Below are positions 36,543 to 47,595 of a stretch of 64,000 nt of DNA, piece after piece. The translations under genes and the position numbers were made by a program. Where the stretch lies: positions 96,001-160,000 of the IMG/VR virus record IMGVR_UViG_3300020112_000604; one strand, 5' to 3'. The notes under the pieces were generated by a model. The model worked only from the letters and a program-made list of their open reading frames with translations. It did not search any database and was not told the DNA's origin. The first letter of the stretch is position 1. Each line of letters starts with the position of its first letter. This DNA is from a virus. Taxonomy: Duplodnaviria; Caudoviricetes.

Positions 36543-37970
36543 ATGGGCAGAAAATACAGATGTGTTTACTGTCAGAAGCCGTTAGAACGTGCAGATCTTA
36601 TCAAGCATATTGACAGAAATCATATGGACATGGTACCAAAAGAGTACCCTGTTGAAAGGCTTGTGTTTGATATTTGCAATAATAAAGATGTCGGACATGG
36701 TCACGGCATCTGTAATATATGCAAAGGTCCTACTGAGTGGGATGACAAATCTGGACGATATAAAGTATACTGTTCGGATAAATGCCGTTCAATCATGAGA
36801 GAGAACGCCGTCAAGAATATGATTAAGGTACATGGCAAAAGCACACTTCTTAATGATATAGAGCATCAGGAGAAGATGCTTGCTGCAAGAAAGATATCTG
36901 GTAAATACAAGTTTACTGATGGTGGCGTATGTACTTATACCGGTTCGTATGAACACAAGCTTCTTGAATTCATGGACAAAGTACTTCATATTACATCTGA
37001 TGACTTAGTTGTGCCAGGTCCAGTAATAGAATATGACTTCAAAGGTGAAAAGAAGAAATACATCACAGATTTCTTCTACATTCCATACAATCTTATCATC
37101 GAGGTTAAAGACGGTGGTGACAATCCGAACAAGGCTGTTGACCAGTCTGAAGTGCGTGAGAAGACTCATGCTAAAGAAGATGCAATTGTTAAACTCGGAA
37201 AGTATAACTATCTCCGTTTAACAAACAACAACTTCATGCAGCTTCTTGATACATTCATCGAGCTCAAAGAAAAGTCTATTGACAACGATGAATCCAAGAC
37301 ATATTCTATCAACGAATACTGTGCCAATACTCCAATGGTTGGATTCAATGGCCCAGTGCAGCAGGACGTACTTGCACGTCCATTATTCATAACACATTGC
37401 TTTGATGCTGAAGTCAAGAGAGACCAGTATCTGTTATCTAACGACGTTGTTAGCCCGAATGTAATGTGTGTTAATGATGACGGTAAACTTGAAAAGAAAC
37501 CATCATCAGAATTCAAAAGTTCCCGTTGCAATATCTACAAGTATGTCGGCAAAAAGTCTGCAGACATTCTCTCGGAGGTATATGCTGCATATAAAAACAA
37601 TACTCTTGTGAAAGAAAACTATCTGGCTGAACTAGTTACAGAATCTTTAATCCTTGAACCAGATCAGCTTAAGTGCTGTGCTTTGCTCGAGGAAGTACAG
37701 CTGGTTAGTGATTCAGCAAATAGCAGTATGACTACATTCTTAACAGAAGCTGCTAGACTGAAAGATTCTAACAAAGTTGTAGATTTCGCAGTATTGGATG
37801 TCAACCTTTATGACATCAAGAATGCAATGCTTGAAAACTACGAGAATATTGACATACGGGAAGATGTTAATGGATACTTCGCAGTTAACACCAAGACTCA
37901 CTGTAGAACTATAAGTGTAAGAGACTTTGATTCTATCAGTGAATCTATGATCAATTCCATAGTTTTATAA
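36543..37970 (+). CDS. zinc-finger plus TnsA/gp4-like PD-(D/E)xK endonuclease
   Basis: C2H2 finger CVYC..HIDRNH, CNIC..CSDKC, GSYE..YITDF..IIEVK; late promoter at 36504-36516. Confidence 0.7.
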   Translation: MGRKYRCVYCQKPLERADLIKHIDRNHMDMVPKEYPVERLVFDICNNKDVGHGHGICNICKGPTEWDDKSGRYKVYCSDKCRSIMRENAVKNMIKVHGKSTLLNDIEHQEKMLAARKISGKYKFTDGGVCTYTGSYEHKLLEFMDKVLHITSDDLVVPGPVIEYDFKGEKKKYITDFFYIPYNLIIEVKDGGDNPNKAVDQSEVREKTHAKEDAIVKLGKYNYLRLTNNNFMQLLDTFIELKEKSIDNDESKTYSINEYCANTPMVGFNGPVQQDVLARPLFITHCFDAEVKRDQYLLSNDVVSPNVMCVNDDGKLEKKPSSEFKSSRCNIYKYVGKKSADILSEVYAAYKNNTLVKENYLAELVTESLILEPDQLKCCALLEEVQLVSDSANSSMTTFLTEAARLKDSNKVVDFAVLDVNLYDIKNAMLENYENIDIREDVNGYFAVNTKTHCRTISVRDFDSISESMINSIVL

Positions 37971-37983
37971 AGGAGGACATACT

Positions 37984-38496
37984 ATGAACTTATTTGCATT
38001 TAACGTAGCTGACCTTTTAAAGAAGGCTGCTGAATCTGATGGTTCAGCTCAGGACTCAGTATGGACAGCTGATATCAGAAAGAACTTCCAGGACACACTC
38101 GCAGGATTCCCAACTGTAGCTAAGTGCTGCAAGGAATCATTCAACTGGACACCAGAAATGGTACCTGTAATCTGTGCAGAAAACATCGAAGAAAGCACAG
38201 AACCGAAGACTGAATACTATGTAGAACTCGAAATGGTTGCTAAGCTTGCTGACTCAAAGCAGACAGGCATTGCAGAAGCATTCTTCATGGTTCAGAACTA
38301 CATCGAAGAACAGGCTGGTGAAGAGGCTGCTAACGAAACATACCTCGTTATCAGAAACGAATCAGAAATGCTTCTTCAGGAAGCTGCTGACGCTGCTGGT
38401 TCAAGACTTGAAGACATCAAGTACAACGGACTTAAGGCTACAACAGATATCCTTAACGACCTCGTAGCAAAGGCTGTACCGATTAAGACAATGTAA
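37984..38496 (+). CDS. acidic late protein, probably virion/head
   Basis: AAGGAGG RBS; late operon. Confidence 0.65.
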   Translation: MNLFAFNVADLLKKAAESDGSAQDSVWTADIRKNFQDTLAGFPTVAKCCKESFNWTPEMVPVICAENIEESTEPKTEYYVELEMVAKLADSKQTGIAEAFFMVQNYIEEQAGEEAANETYLVIRNESEMLLQEAADAAGSRLEDIKYNGLKATTDILNDLVAKAVPIKTM

Positions 38497-38507
38497 TCAC
38501 AAAAGAT

Positions 38508-38533
38508 TCCCCGTAGGATTAATCCTACGGGGA
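38508..38533. terminator. bidirectional terminator of the GTAG/CTAC family
   Basis: TCCCCGTAGGA-TTAA-TCCTACGGGGA between convergent genes. Confidence 0.8.
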
Positions 38534-38543
38534 GTTTATTTGT

Positions 38544-39353
38544 TTACTTGATATCCGGCATTGGAGCACCGTTTTCTGAACCTCGTACTGCAATATAGCA
38601 ACCCTGTAATACCTGTATCATTGCTGTTATATATTCATTAGCAAATGCCATAGGACTAAATACTATTGTGTATATAGATGTCAAGAATGTTTCCGTGAAT
38701 AACGGCATATCTAAATCATCCGTTACGTTGAGCTTACGAAGCTGGTCAACTATCTTACCAGCTCTGTCGTTAGCTGCTTTGTACCAAGTAGATAGCTTGG
38801 TGCTATAATCTTTTCCAGCTTTTTCGGTTATGTTAGAAAAGCATTCTGCCTTAATAGCTTCAGCTAAGTCGACACGGCGCTCTTTAACGTAAAACTGATT
38901 GCATAATATATCTATTCTGTTGATACTAGCACCGGCACGTTTAGATATAAGACTGCCATTATATTCAGCTTTAACTAAAGATTCGAGAGCGTCTATACCG
39001 TTATATTCGGTATTGTTCTTAAGACTATCTACTACCTTATCCATAATATCAAGACCCTTATCTGCTACACCGGTAACATGGTCTAAGTCCATTATAGGTT
39101 TATTAAATACAGTAACTTTAAGCGTACTTTCATACTTACCAGGATCCGTTTTGTATTCATTATACGCTTTTTCTAATGCAGTCATCTTTTCCTTGTTCTT
39201 ACCAAAGAATTTTTCGATTATTTTAAGAACCTTTTCTCGGGCCTTATCGAATAACTCCATGAGCTTTCCGAAAATCTTGATAACTTTCTCTTTGATTTTC
39301 TTTATATCAATTGATTCGTTAACGGCGAATGCGTCGACACTGAAATCTATCAT
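38544..39353 (-). CDS. divergent tagged paralog family member
   Basis: MIDFSVDAFAVNES followed by the same Lys-rich amphipathic helix (KIKEKVIKIFGKL). Confidence 0.6.
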   Translation of the reverse strand: MIDFSVDAFAVNESIDIKKIKEKVIKIFGKLMELFDKAREKVLKIIEKFFGKNKEKMTALEKAYNEYKTDPGKYESTLKVTVFNKPIMDLDHVTGVADKGLDIMDKVVDSLKNNTEYNGIDALESLVKAEYNGSLISKRAGASINRIDILCNQFYVKERRVDLAEAIKAECFSNITEKAGKDYSTKLSTWYKAANDRAGKIVDQLRKLNVTDDLDMPLFTETFLTSIYTIVFSPMAFANEYITAMIQVLQGCYIAVRGSENGAPMPDIK

Positions 39354-39415
39354 AATATAAAACCTCCTTTACAAATAAAGAGTCTGTACCATTTAGGTAC
39401 AGACTCTTGTATTAA

Positions 39416-40309
39416 TTACTTGTTACGATTTTTCTTGTTCTTCTTGTTACCGTTGCCGTTGTTGTTAGGCTTAACTTCCTCAGAAGCAGCTTCTTCAGAT
39501 ACATCGTATTCTTTAACAGTTCCTGTCTCAGGTTCCACGGTTTCTTCTTCAACAGCATTTTCTTCACCTGATGATTCCTCAACTGCCGGTTCTTCGATAG
39601 TTGGAGCATCAGTTTCCGGCTCAGGTTCTGGGTCAGATACTGTTTCAGTTGGCTTATTCTCTTCAACTGTTCCGTTATAGTAGTCATGAATGATTGAACG
39701 CTTAGCAGCTTCAACAAATCTTGTGATTCTTGAAGCGAGTGTTCCGTCTTCAACTGTAACAGCATTGAATGCAGAAACGATATTGTTTATTGTTTCAGCA
39801 TCTGTTGTTCTGCTAGCAACAGCACGCATTACGATTGATTCGTACTGCATAACGATCTGCAGCTTGTTTGTAACTGTTTCGTCAGTGATGAATTCAATTA
39901 CCTTAGCGTAGTCATTGATATCAGATACAGACTTGTCGTTTGTGTTGTTAGGAATCTTATCAGCCGGTGTTAATGTGCTATGGCAAAGCTTGTTACCAGC
40001 AAACACTTCTTCAGCCTCATCGATGTAACCAACGTTGATTGTCTTGAGGAATTCAAGATGCTTGTCGCTGAATACCTTGTTAGCTGTGTTTGTCATAAGA
40101 GCAATCTTTTCGGCTGAACGAACGCCTTCAGGTAATTCGTTTACTTTGATTCCATTACGGAGACATCTTGTGATGTCGTTAACTGTAGTACGAACCGGAA
40201 CAGGTTTCATACCACTGATTTTTCCTGTAGAAAGAGCAATTGTTGCTCCACAAGGATTGATTTCTACAAACTTGTTAGTTGTAGTTTTAAGAATGATTTT
40301 CTTCTGCAT
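39416..40309 (-). CDS. hypothetical protein with acidic and basic tail
   Basis: 297-aa ORF with GGAGG RBS. Confidence 0.7.
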   Translation of the reverse strand: MQKKIILKTTTNKFVEINPCGATIALSTGKISGMKPVPVRTTVNDITRCLRNGIKVNELPEGVRSAEKIALMTNTANKVFSDKHLEFLKTINVGYIDEAEEVFAGNKLCHSTLTPADKIPNNTNDKSVSDINDYAKVIEFITDETVTNKLQIVMQYESIVMRAVASRTTDAETINNIVSAFNAVTVEDGTLASRITRFVEAAKRSIIHDYYNGTVEENKPTETVSDPEPEPETDAPTIEEPAVEESSGEENAVEEETVEPETGTVKEYDVSEEAASEEVKPNNNGNGNKKNKKNRNK

Positions 40310-40324
40310 TGTGTTAACCCTCCA

Positions 40325-40678
40325 TTAAAATTCGTTTGCGGCTTCTTCGTATTCTTCCCAGGCGTCAAGTTCAGATTCTACATCTGTATCGTCACCTGCA
40401 TCAGCGATTGAGTCAACAGCATCGTCGTCGAATTCGTATTCGTCATCGATGTTATCGTCATCACCCTGTACGTATTCGTTCTCCATATCTTCCGGAGAAA
40501 CGTCTGCACCGAATGAAATAGCTGAGTCAATATCAGAACCGTTAAGGCCTTCAACTGTATCAGATTTGAGTGTAGCTCTAGCAGCTATACATGCTTCTTC
40601 AACCGCATTTTCGAGATACGCACACTCTTCGATGGAAGCGTGTTCGCTATCGTTAATGATATCAAAAACATTTTCCAT
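40325..40678 (-). CDS. highly acidic small protein
   Basis: D/E-rich 117-aa ORF with GGAGG RBS. Confidence 0.7.
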   Translation of the reverse strand: MENVFDIINDSEHASIEECAYLENAVEEACIAARATLKSDTVEGLNGSDIDSAISFGADVSPEDMENEYVQGDDDNIDDEYEFDDDAVDSIADAGDDTDVESELDAWEEYEEAANEF

Positions 40679-40680
40679 GG

Positions 40681-40899
40681 TTATACCTCCTCATCAAGTC
40701 TTTCTCTTAATTCACATATAAGTTCGTCTTTGGCAGTTTTTTCTTTTACACCGAAAAGATCAGCTGATTCTGTTACAGAACCAGATTCTGCTTCTTCAAT
40801 AAGTGAATCGACACAGTCAATTCTATCTACAGCTCCCAAAGCATCTTCTACTTCAAAGTCATGTATGCTTTCGGAAAGTACTTCATCAACAGTCTTCAT
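40681..40899 (-). CDS. acidic small protein
   Basis: AAGGAGG RBS; AACA-N6-TAA upstream. Confidence 0.7.
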   Translation of the reverse strand: MKTVDEVLSESIHDFEVEDALGAVDRIDCVDSLIEEAESGSVTESADLFGVKEKTAKDELICELRERLDEEV

Positions 40900-40925
40900 A
40901 GTATGGTACCTCCTTATTATTTTTA

Positions 40926-42155
40926 TTATGATGTTTTGGTAATTCTGTTTAAGTAATACTTCAACACGTATACAAGTATAGGTATATAGTAGAAGAAGTC
41001 CTTATTTGCCTTGAATTTAATCTTCTGAAGCACATCTAAGGTGTTAGAATCAAGTTCTTCTTCGTTGAAATATGATGTAATCGGATTGTACATAGAGTAT
41101 TCTTCCTGAAGAATATAATGGCAGCCTTCCTGAGCGGACGCAACCATTACACTAGGTATTGGCTGGAATAATCCGAACATACATGGCTTATCATATATTA
41201 CAGCATAGTATGTCTGAGGCACTGTAGCAAACAGTGTATTTACATTGTCTATCATCTGACCATAAGCCTGCCTATCTGTAAATGCCTTAAGGTCCTGCAT
41301 CTCGATAGCACGGAATACCGATTCCATATAATCGATAGCAAATGTCTTAGGCATCGGAAGTTCGTGGTGAATATGAATGTATTCTGAGCAGAATCCGTTG
41401 AATACTTTATTACGAATCAGGAATTCAATAAGATATGGGTCATAGTAGAATCCCATAGCTGTACTGTATGTAAATGTCTGAAGAGAATTATTCCAGAACA
41501 GTCCCTTATAGAAGTCAATGATGTCTCCGATTACCGTATCAAGTGTGGAAGCAAGCTGGTTATCTTCTTCGGTCATTACACACTTCATATCTGTGCCGGA
41601 ATTGTCGATGTTCATAACGAATGTACGAACAACCTGACGTTCAAGAGATTCGTAATCTCTTCCGTGAGTTGAATACAGATGACAACGAATACGATATGAG
41701 TTAGCATCGTTTTCAAATGTATCTATAACGACTTCATCAACAATGAAGAGATAGCCCTTTGTCTTAGGGTTCTGTTCCAGCTGGTCAAAGATGATGAATG
41801 AGTTTGGATATGGTTCAAATGTATTCGGAATGACAACCAATTCGAATTCGACTGGTGTTGTTTCCAATCCGTTTTCGCCATAGTCCATATTAAACAAAAC
41901 TCTTAAATCCTGACCATAGAGTGTAGCGTTCTTAATCTTATTGTATCGGAACGGTGACTCTTTACCAAGTACGGCGAATTCTGTTATAGTACCGGTGTCC
42001 CATGTAGAACCTGTCTTGTCTATATTATAGAAAGTCAGGTTTACCGGTTTAAGATTGTTATACATATAGTGGTTATTGGTAACCACTCTTTCATTAGCGT
42101 CCGAAATCAGTGTTGAGACTGACTCGGCGTAATTTGATTTAACAAACGTAGCCAT
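40926..42155 (-). CDS. putative virion structural protein
   Basis: 409 aa with ESPFRYNKI, IPNTFEPYP and YDPYLIEFL; function not resolved. Confidence 0.5.
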   Translation of the reverse strand: MATFVKSNYAESVSTLISDANERVVTNNHYMYNNLKPVNLTFYNIDKTGSTWDTGTITEFAVLGKESPFRYNKIKNATLYGQDLRVLFNMDYGENGLETTPVEFELVVIPNTFEPYPNSFIIFDQLEQNPKTKGYLFIVDEVVIDTFENDANSYRIRCHLYSTHGRDYESLERQVVRTFVMNIDNSGTDMKCVMTEEDNQLASTLDTVIGDIIDFYKGLFWNNSLQTFTYSTAMGFYYDPYLIEFLIRNKVFNGFCSEYIHIHHELPMPKTFAIDYMESVFRAIEMQDLKAFTDRQAYGQMIDNVNTLFATVPQTYYAVIYDKPCMFGLFQPIPSVMVASAQEGCHYILQEEYSMYNPITSYFNEEELDSNTLDVLQKIKFKANKDFFYYIPILVYVLKYYLNRITKTS

Positions 42156-42168
42156 GATGTATCTCCTT

Positions 42169-43209
42169 TCACATTATAGAATAATGGCTGTCCTGAATAT
42201 GATCAGCCGTAACGCCATAATCTTTCTCTCCTGGATAAGCATTACGATGACAAGTTATGCTATCTACAATCGGAGCAATCTTACGAACAACGCTCTTTAC
42301 CGAACGGTCGTCGACATCGGCGTCTGGATATAAATGTACATTTGCCATTACGAAAGGATACGCTGACAATACGTACTCAACAGCTTCAGAATATGACTTT
42401 CCGAAACCTGCGATTACTACATGGTTACCATTTGTATCACCATGCAATACGTTAAAGAAGATGCCTAATGCATCCATAAATCCCTCACAAACATGAATGT
42501 TTACTGGGACTATTGTATTCAGATTAGTTGGTATTACGTAATACTTATCCGTATTCATGTTGTCATTGACTACATAGTTTACGTATTTCTTACCTAATAA
42601 GTCATACTTAGGAAGATTGTTTCCCTTTTTGTAGGTAAGATTACGAAGTGAAATCATATTATTGTTTGCGCCAATGGCTCCGATAAAATACTTATCCAGA
42701 GTTTCCATATCACGCATGTTTCTTGTATATGACTTAACCTCGTTACCATTAAGTACATCTGATATATTTAAAACAAGTTTTAACCGAGTAGCATCATCAT
42801 ACGAAAGCTGAGTGCCAAGTCTTCCATTGATGTACTCTAACTTGTGTCTTGTCAATTTATTATCGGTCACTTTAGTTGGACCTAAATCCAATACTGTACG
42901 TCCAGTTATTCTCTTAGCTCTAAAGCCAGACTTATCTTTAGATACAGAATTGAATCCCTCTGGCATCCAGAGATTGTATCCATTTAACCAGTTCTGATTT
43001 ACAATACCAGACTTCATCGGATTGTGTGGGTCACAATGAAAACAGTTATGCATTACCGGAACTGTGTCATCGTTAAATGGGCCTATATAACAATGTCCAG
43101 ATCTATCTCCGCAATATGGACATATACAAACAATTTGTTCTCCACCCTTAGCTGTTCTAGCTTCAGGTAAGATATTCAGTAAGTAATCTTTAAACTCTTC
43201 TCTAGTCAT
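42169..43209 (-). CDS. DNA primase
   Basis: Zinc-binding CPYCGD..HCY..CFHC, TOPRIM VCEGFMDA, YPDAD, terminal EKDYG. Confidence 0.85.
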   Translation of the reverse strand: MTREEFKDYLLNILPEARTAKGGEQIVCICPYCGDRSGHCYIGPFNDDTVPVMHNCFHCDPHNPMKSGIVNQNWLNGYNLWMPEGFNSVSKDKSGFRAKRITGRTVLDLGPTKVTDNKLTRHKLEYINGRLGTQLSYDDATRLKLVLNISDVLNGNEVKSYTRNMRDMETLDKYFIGAIGANNNMISLRNLTYKKGNNLPKYDLLGKKYVNYVVNDNMNTDKYYVIPTNLNTIVPVNIHVCEGFMDALGIFFNVLHGDTNGNHVVIAGFGKSYSEAVEYVLSAYPFVMANVHLYPDADVDDRSVKSVVRKIAPIVDSITCHRNAYPGEKDYGVTADHIQDSHYSIM

Positions 43210-43224
43210 TATAATCTCTCCTAA

Positions 43225-43479
43225 TTACATAACTCCGGTTATCTTTCCATCAGATGTCATCATTATAATTGTTGGAGCTTTCTTTTTCTTTAACTCCACC
43301 GTGTACCCTAGCGAATCAGCGTATATTAGGAAATCTTCTAAAGATGTGAATTTGTCATTCTCAATATTGGCAATCTTTGCAACACTCAGACCAGACGCCT
43401 CGGACATTTCTGCCCGAGACTTCATGGCTTGATTGCGAATCTTTTTAATATCTGCCGCCAATAGACTTTTAACTGTCAT
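43225..43479 (-). CDS. XRE-family HTH regulator
   Basis: IKKIR..SRAEMSEASGLSVAKIANIEN. Confidence 0.8.
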   Translation of the reverse strand: MTVKSLLAADIKKIRNQAMKSRAEMSEASGLSVAKIANIENDKFTSLEDFLIYADSLGYTVELKKKKAPTIIMMTSDGKITGVM

Positions 43480-44362
43480 ACGAGTCTCCTTCGTCTCCAG
43501 AGAAATTGTATGAATTTGTAGTATCCTGGATAAGTGACACTACCGATGAACACAGCCCTCTGGATGGCAATTCTTTAAGAAGTTCTTCCGCTAATTCTGC
43601 ACGTTCTTCTGGTGCAGCTAAGGTAATTGACCTAAGTACGACTAATGTTGCAATATCAGCATCGCCTTCGGTAAGGTCGGTTAATTTATCAGCTCCGGAT
43701 AATTCAATCAGACAATCTACAACATTGTCCACAGAAACTGGAACACCTTCGAAGTATTCGTCTACTGCATCGGTTATACGTTTATCTTCGCAGCTCTCCG
43801 CTACTTTGAACCAGTCAGCAATAAGGTCATCATAGTCTGTGTGGTTTAATGAGTCTACAAACGATGCAACCTGGTGGTTGATTTCTCTCCATTCTTCGAT
43901 GCTCTTTTCACTGACAAAGTCAGCAAGACCGTACATTGTGTTAGGTCTAGCACTTGTTCTTTCAAAGAGATTGTACTGCAGCTTGATATTTGAATCTCTT
44001 CGATCAGCCTGCATCTTTTCAACAAGATATTTAGCATTCTCGGATATATTTCCATATCCACGAGCCTTATAGTCTTTGGCTATAGCGCAAACGAACTCAA
44101 TATCCATATCAGTAAATTTAGGACAGAACGTATCAGAACGTTCTACCACTCGGATTTGGTTAATCACATCTTTGCTCGGTAATACATATAAGAGTCTCTT
44201 AGGATATTCTATTACGTCGTATGATTCTATCGACATAATTGTCACTTTTCTAAATCCAACCTTGAGGATTATACCTAAGATAGTACTCTGGTATTTGGAT
44301 TGTTTGAGAGTGTTAAGCGGGTCGACGATGACCACATCTCCTCGTTTGAATTTCATAATCAT
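43469..44362 (-). CDS. hypothetical protein with N-terminal SH3/KOW-like motif
   Basis: FKRGDVVIV at the N-terminus. Confidence 0.6.
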   Translation of the reverse strand: MIMKFKRGDVVIVDPLNTLKQSKYQSTILGIILKVGFRKVTIMSIESYDVIEYPKRLLYVLPSKDVINQIRVVERSDTFCPKFTDMDIEFVCAIAKDYKARGYGNISENAKYLVEKMQADRRDSNIKLQYNLFERTSARPNTMYGLADFVSEKSIEEWREINHQVASFVDSLNHTDYDDLIADWFKVAESCEDKRITDAVDEYFEGVPVSVDNVVDCLIELSGADKLTDLTEGDADIATLVVLRSITLAAPEERAELAEELLKELPSRGLCSSVVSLIQDTTNSYNFSGDEGDSYDS

Positions 44363-44733
44363 TCCTCCAGTATAAAGTCTTTGATTAGTTCGAATGTACC
44401 GATGTTGAATCCTTCATCGGTAGCAACGTATTTCTTTGTGTCGGTTTTTAAAAGGTCTTGCACTTGGTCTATAGATACTCTGTCACCATCGATGACACTA
44501 CGAGCAGGTACAACCAAGAGATTGTGCCTTACATTTAAATAGTTTGTAAGTCTTTCAGAACTGAATATTTTAAGTATAGTAATGAAAGATTTCTGTACGG
44601 ATTTTCTAACTGCTGAGTCTGACGCATCTTGGTCAAGAACTGTCACTTTGTCACTAAATCCCTGCACAAAGTCTTCAGATATCGCTAACGGATGCATCAA
44701 TAATAAGTAATGATCTTCGCTGCTTTTGTTCAT
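44359..44733 (-). CDS. hypothetical protein
   Basis: AAGGAGG RBS; AACA-N6-TAA upstream. Confidence 0.65.
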   Translation of the reverse strand: MNKSSEDHYLLLMHPLAISEDFVQGFSDKVTVLDQDASDSAVRKSVQKSFITILKIFSSERLTNYLNVRHNLLVVPARSVIDGDRVSIDQVQDLLKTDTKKYVATDEGFNIGTFELIKDFILEE

Positions 44734-44822
44734 CTGAACAAGACCTCCTTTATATAATTTACTCTGATGTTGAGCTAGGCGTTAAATAAAAATCCGGAGT
44801 AGAAAATCTACTCCGGATGAGT

Positions 44823-45383
44823 TTATTTTTTAGTAGTTGTAAATATAGGTACAGTCGAAGTTGTGTGTTGGAAAAACTTACCGTTAGACATGCCAATGGT
44901 GCCAGATGGATTGTATGCATAAACGTCATAAGGATTGTCTTTACCGTATGAATCTTTGAGTACTTCAACGACGTCTTTATACGAATCGACTTCGTGTAAT
45001 CCTTGGTGTTTTCTCCACGATGACTCGAACCAGTATTGTTTACCATCAATAGTTATGATTGAAAACGTATGAGTTACGATATCATCAGGATTATTGCTCT
45101 TCTGCATTACGAACATATATGACTTGTCTTTAACCCGCATTTTAGTAAATGCGTCATGCTGATAGTTTACAAAGTCCCAACATATGCCGGCATGATATTT
45201 ATTCATATCGGATAACGAATGCATCCGGTATTGGGACCAGTCTACTTTATCCGGATCGGTTATCAGCTTACCGTTTATCAGAACACCATATTTCCATTTG
45301 GAAAGCTTCGAATTCAATTCTTTAACTTTAGTAAGTTTATCGGTATTGTTAAATGCTTCTAGAATGAATGATACGTCACTCAT
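44823..45383 (-). CDS. transglutaminase/papain-fold enzyme with a head-protein-like leader
   Basis: Cys-His-Glu triad-like GICWDF..THTF..YWFE; N-terminal SFILE/A. Confidence 0.65.
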   Translation of the reverse strand: MSDVSFILEAFNNTDKLTKVKELNSKLSKWKYGVLINGKLITDPDKVDWSQYRMHSLSDMNKYHAGICWDFVNYQHDAFTKMRVKDKSYMFVMQKSNNPDDIVTHTFSIITIDGKQYWFESSWRKHQGLHEVDSYKDVVEVLKDSYGKDNPYDVYAYNPSGTIGMSNGKFFQHTTSTVPIFTTTKK

Positions 45384-45397
45384 AACGTATCCCTCCC

Positions 45398-46441
45398 TTA
45401 TCGTACATTACAGAAATCATATGACTCTGTAACTGAGTTACCGCGATACTTTTCGGCAATAGCGTGGCGAACACTGGCATTATTAGTCATTACGTCGACT
45501 ATAGCCTCGTCAATTATTTTAATGTATTCTTTGGTTACTTCGTAAACTGATGCCGCCATCTTTAAATAGTACGTTGTCATAGCCGCGAAAACGACACTCC
45601 ATTTTGATACTATCTGTTTGACAGCATCTGCGGCTGCAACAGAATCATTGTCAAGACGTTCAACGAATTTATTCATAGCAGCTTTACCAGATTCAATGCT
45701 TTCACCGACACTGTCACGAGAATATATGCTAAAATGTATATTGGCTGCAGATACAGCAAATTCAAGCATATCCGGTCTGAATCCAAACCCTTTCAGATTG
45801 TTCATAGTATACAGATATATCTCAGACTGTAAGCATTCTTCGAGCGTGTGAGTACCGCCAGTAACCATATCGCTTAACTTGGATGCAAAATCGTCATCAC
45901 CCATTGAACCTATACCAAGAGCTTCAACCTTGGACAGTGTTTTTGATGATGATGCAATAATGTACGCAATCGGATCTTTTTCATTTTTCAGTTTATCGAC
46001 GGATATGCCGAATAGATCGTTGAATAATACTGATTCAATGTCGTATATGATAGCACCCACATCATCAAGACGTTTTTTCGATAACTCAGGATATACGTTC
46101 GATAACTTAATATCCCCGGCTTTCTGGTTTACCAATTTGATAGCCTCGTCTTCGGCCAGTTTGCCATATGTGTGTATTTTTAACCGGTTCGACAATATAT
46201 CCTTCATAATTTCGTCATCGGTTGCTTCTTTAGATTCCGGTTCAGGTTTAACGTCTTCCAGCTTCGTGTTAGGTTTCTTCTTACCGAATCGTTGATTCAG
46301 CTTCTTTAATGCTGCGACAAACTTCTTAGCAACGTCTACGATTTTATCAATTATAGCTTTGAAGATCTTTTTGAACTTCGCTTTGATATCGAGGCCTTCG
46401 TCAATGACATCGTAGCTAAACGATTCTAATGCGATATCCAT
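45398..46441 (-). CDS. tagged paralog family member
   Basis: MDIALESFSYDVIDE and C-terminal VTESYDFCNVR. Confidence 0.75.
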   Translation of the reverse strand: MDIALESFSYDVIDEGLDIKAKFKKIFKAIIDKIVDVAKKFVAALKKLNQRFGKKKPNTKLEDVKPEPESKEATDDEIMKDILSNRLKIHTYGKLAEDEAIKLVNQKAGDIKLSNVYPELSKKRLDDVGAIIYDIESVLFNDLFGISVDKLKNEKDPIAYIIASSSKTLSKVEALGIGSMGDDDFASKLSDMVTGGTHTLEECLQSEIYLYTMNNLKGFGFRPDMLEFAVSAANIHFSIYSRDSVGESIESGKAAMNKFVERLDNDSVAAADAVKQIVSKWSVVFAAMTTYYLKMAASVYEVTKEYIKIIDEAIVDVMTNNASVRHAIAEKYRGNSVTESYDFCNVR

Positions 46442-46455
46442 ATTACGTTACCCCC

Positions 46456-47580
46456 TTATCTTATTGAACAGAAATCGTATGACTCGTGCTTCAGGTATGA
46501 AAATACGCCGGTTTCGTTTTTATATTCATCAACCAGTTTCTTCTGAAATTTAGTGTCATTGTTAAGCATATCATCGTATGCGGAATCAAGCAGATTTTCC
46601 ATTGTGGTAATAAAATTATTTTGAACCGTGTACATTCGGACGTGTGCAGATGCGAGCACTGTGACTGCAGATACGATGTCCTGCATATGTGCCACAATTT
46701 TATCAAACTGTGAAACCGAGAATGGAGACAACGAAGTTATTTTGTGTGACATGAGTTGAATAAACGTGTCCGCATTCTCCTTAATAGTGGAACTCTGGAA
46801 CTTTCCGTCGCTTTCATAGATAACCGCAAATCCAAGTGTGTCACCACCGTAAAGATGCACGGCATCAGCGCCGCTTCTTGCTACCGAGCCGAGATCTTTT
46901 TTAGCATACTCAAACCACGTTTGGAATTTTTCATATTTCATGCATTCAGCAACAGACACTTTTTCGGTTTTAACGAGTTCTTTAATATCATTTACAGGAT
47001 CATCTGTATTTGGTAATATCGGTGAAACTCTTTTAGCTAACTCAGAGTCTAAACGTTCAATAATTTTCGTAAATCCGTCTTCAGCGTCGTCTATGTACGA
47101 AAAATCATCAAAAAGGAAGAATGCCGATGAACACGATGTGTAGTTCCGCAATTCGTTGACAATGTTGCCGATGTGTTCTTTACCGTATAACGGCAAAGCT
47201 ACATTGTCAATCATAACAGAATTGAAATTCTTTTTAGCATGTTCAACAATGTCATCCATGTACGCGCGCTTTATAAACGTTGCATGACCTGTGCGTTTTA
47301 CGAAGTCTAGCGATTTATTAAAATCATCGGCAGCTTCAGCTGCAGCTCGTTCTTCCGCTGACGGTATATGAATAGTTTTTACTTCACCCGGTTTGTCCTT
47401 ATTGGCTTTAGCAGCCTTTCGTTTTGCCATGATTTTCTTAACAAAATCTGAGATTTTTGTCCATAAATTTATGATAGCGTTTACGATTTTACCAACAACA
47501 GTTTTGATTTTAGACATAATTCCGCTTGTTGACACTTCATTTACTACATCATAGTTAAATGATTCTAATGCAATATCCAT
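46456..47580 (-). CDS. tagged paralog family member
   Basis: MDIALESFNYDVVNE and C-terminal KHESYDFCSIR. Confidence 0.75.
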   Translation of the reverse strand: MDIALESFNYDVVNEVSTSGIMSKIKTVVGKIVNAIINLWTKISDFVKKIMAKRKAAKANKDKPGEVKTIHIPSAEERAAAEAADDFNKSLDFVKRTGHATFIKRAYMDDIVEHAKKNFNSVMIDNVALPLYGKEHIGNIVNELRNYTSCSSAFFLFDDFSYIDDAEDGFTKIIERLDSELAKRVSPILPNTDDPVNDIKELVKTEKVSVAECMKYEKFQTWFEYAKKDLGSVARSGADAVHLYGGDTLGFAVIYESDGKFQSSTIKENADTFIQLMSHKITSLSPFSVSQFDKIVAHMQDIVSAVTVLASAHVRMYTVQNNFITTMENLLDSAYDDMLNNDTKFQKKLVDEYKNETGVFSYLKHESYDFCSIR

Positions 47581-47595
47581 AATTCATATCCTCCT

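Noticed and set aside
36543-37970. Tn7-like transposon suggested by the TnsA-like domain
   Set aside because: There are no tnsB/tnsC genes or terminal repeats, and the late promoter and baseplate context favour a morphogenesis nuclease.
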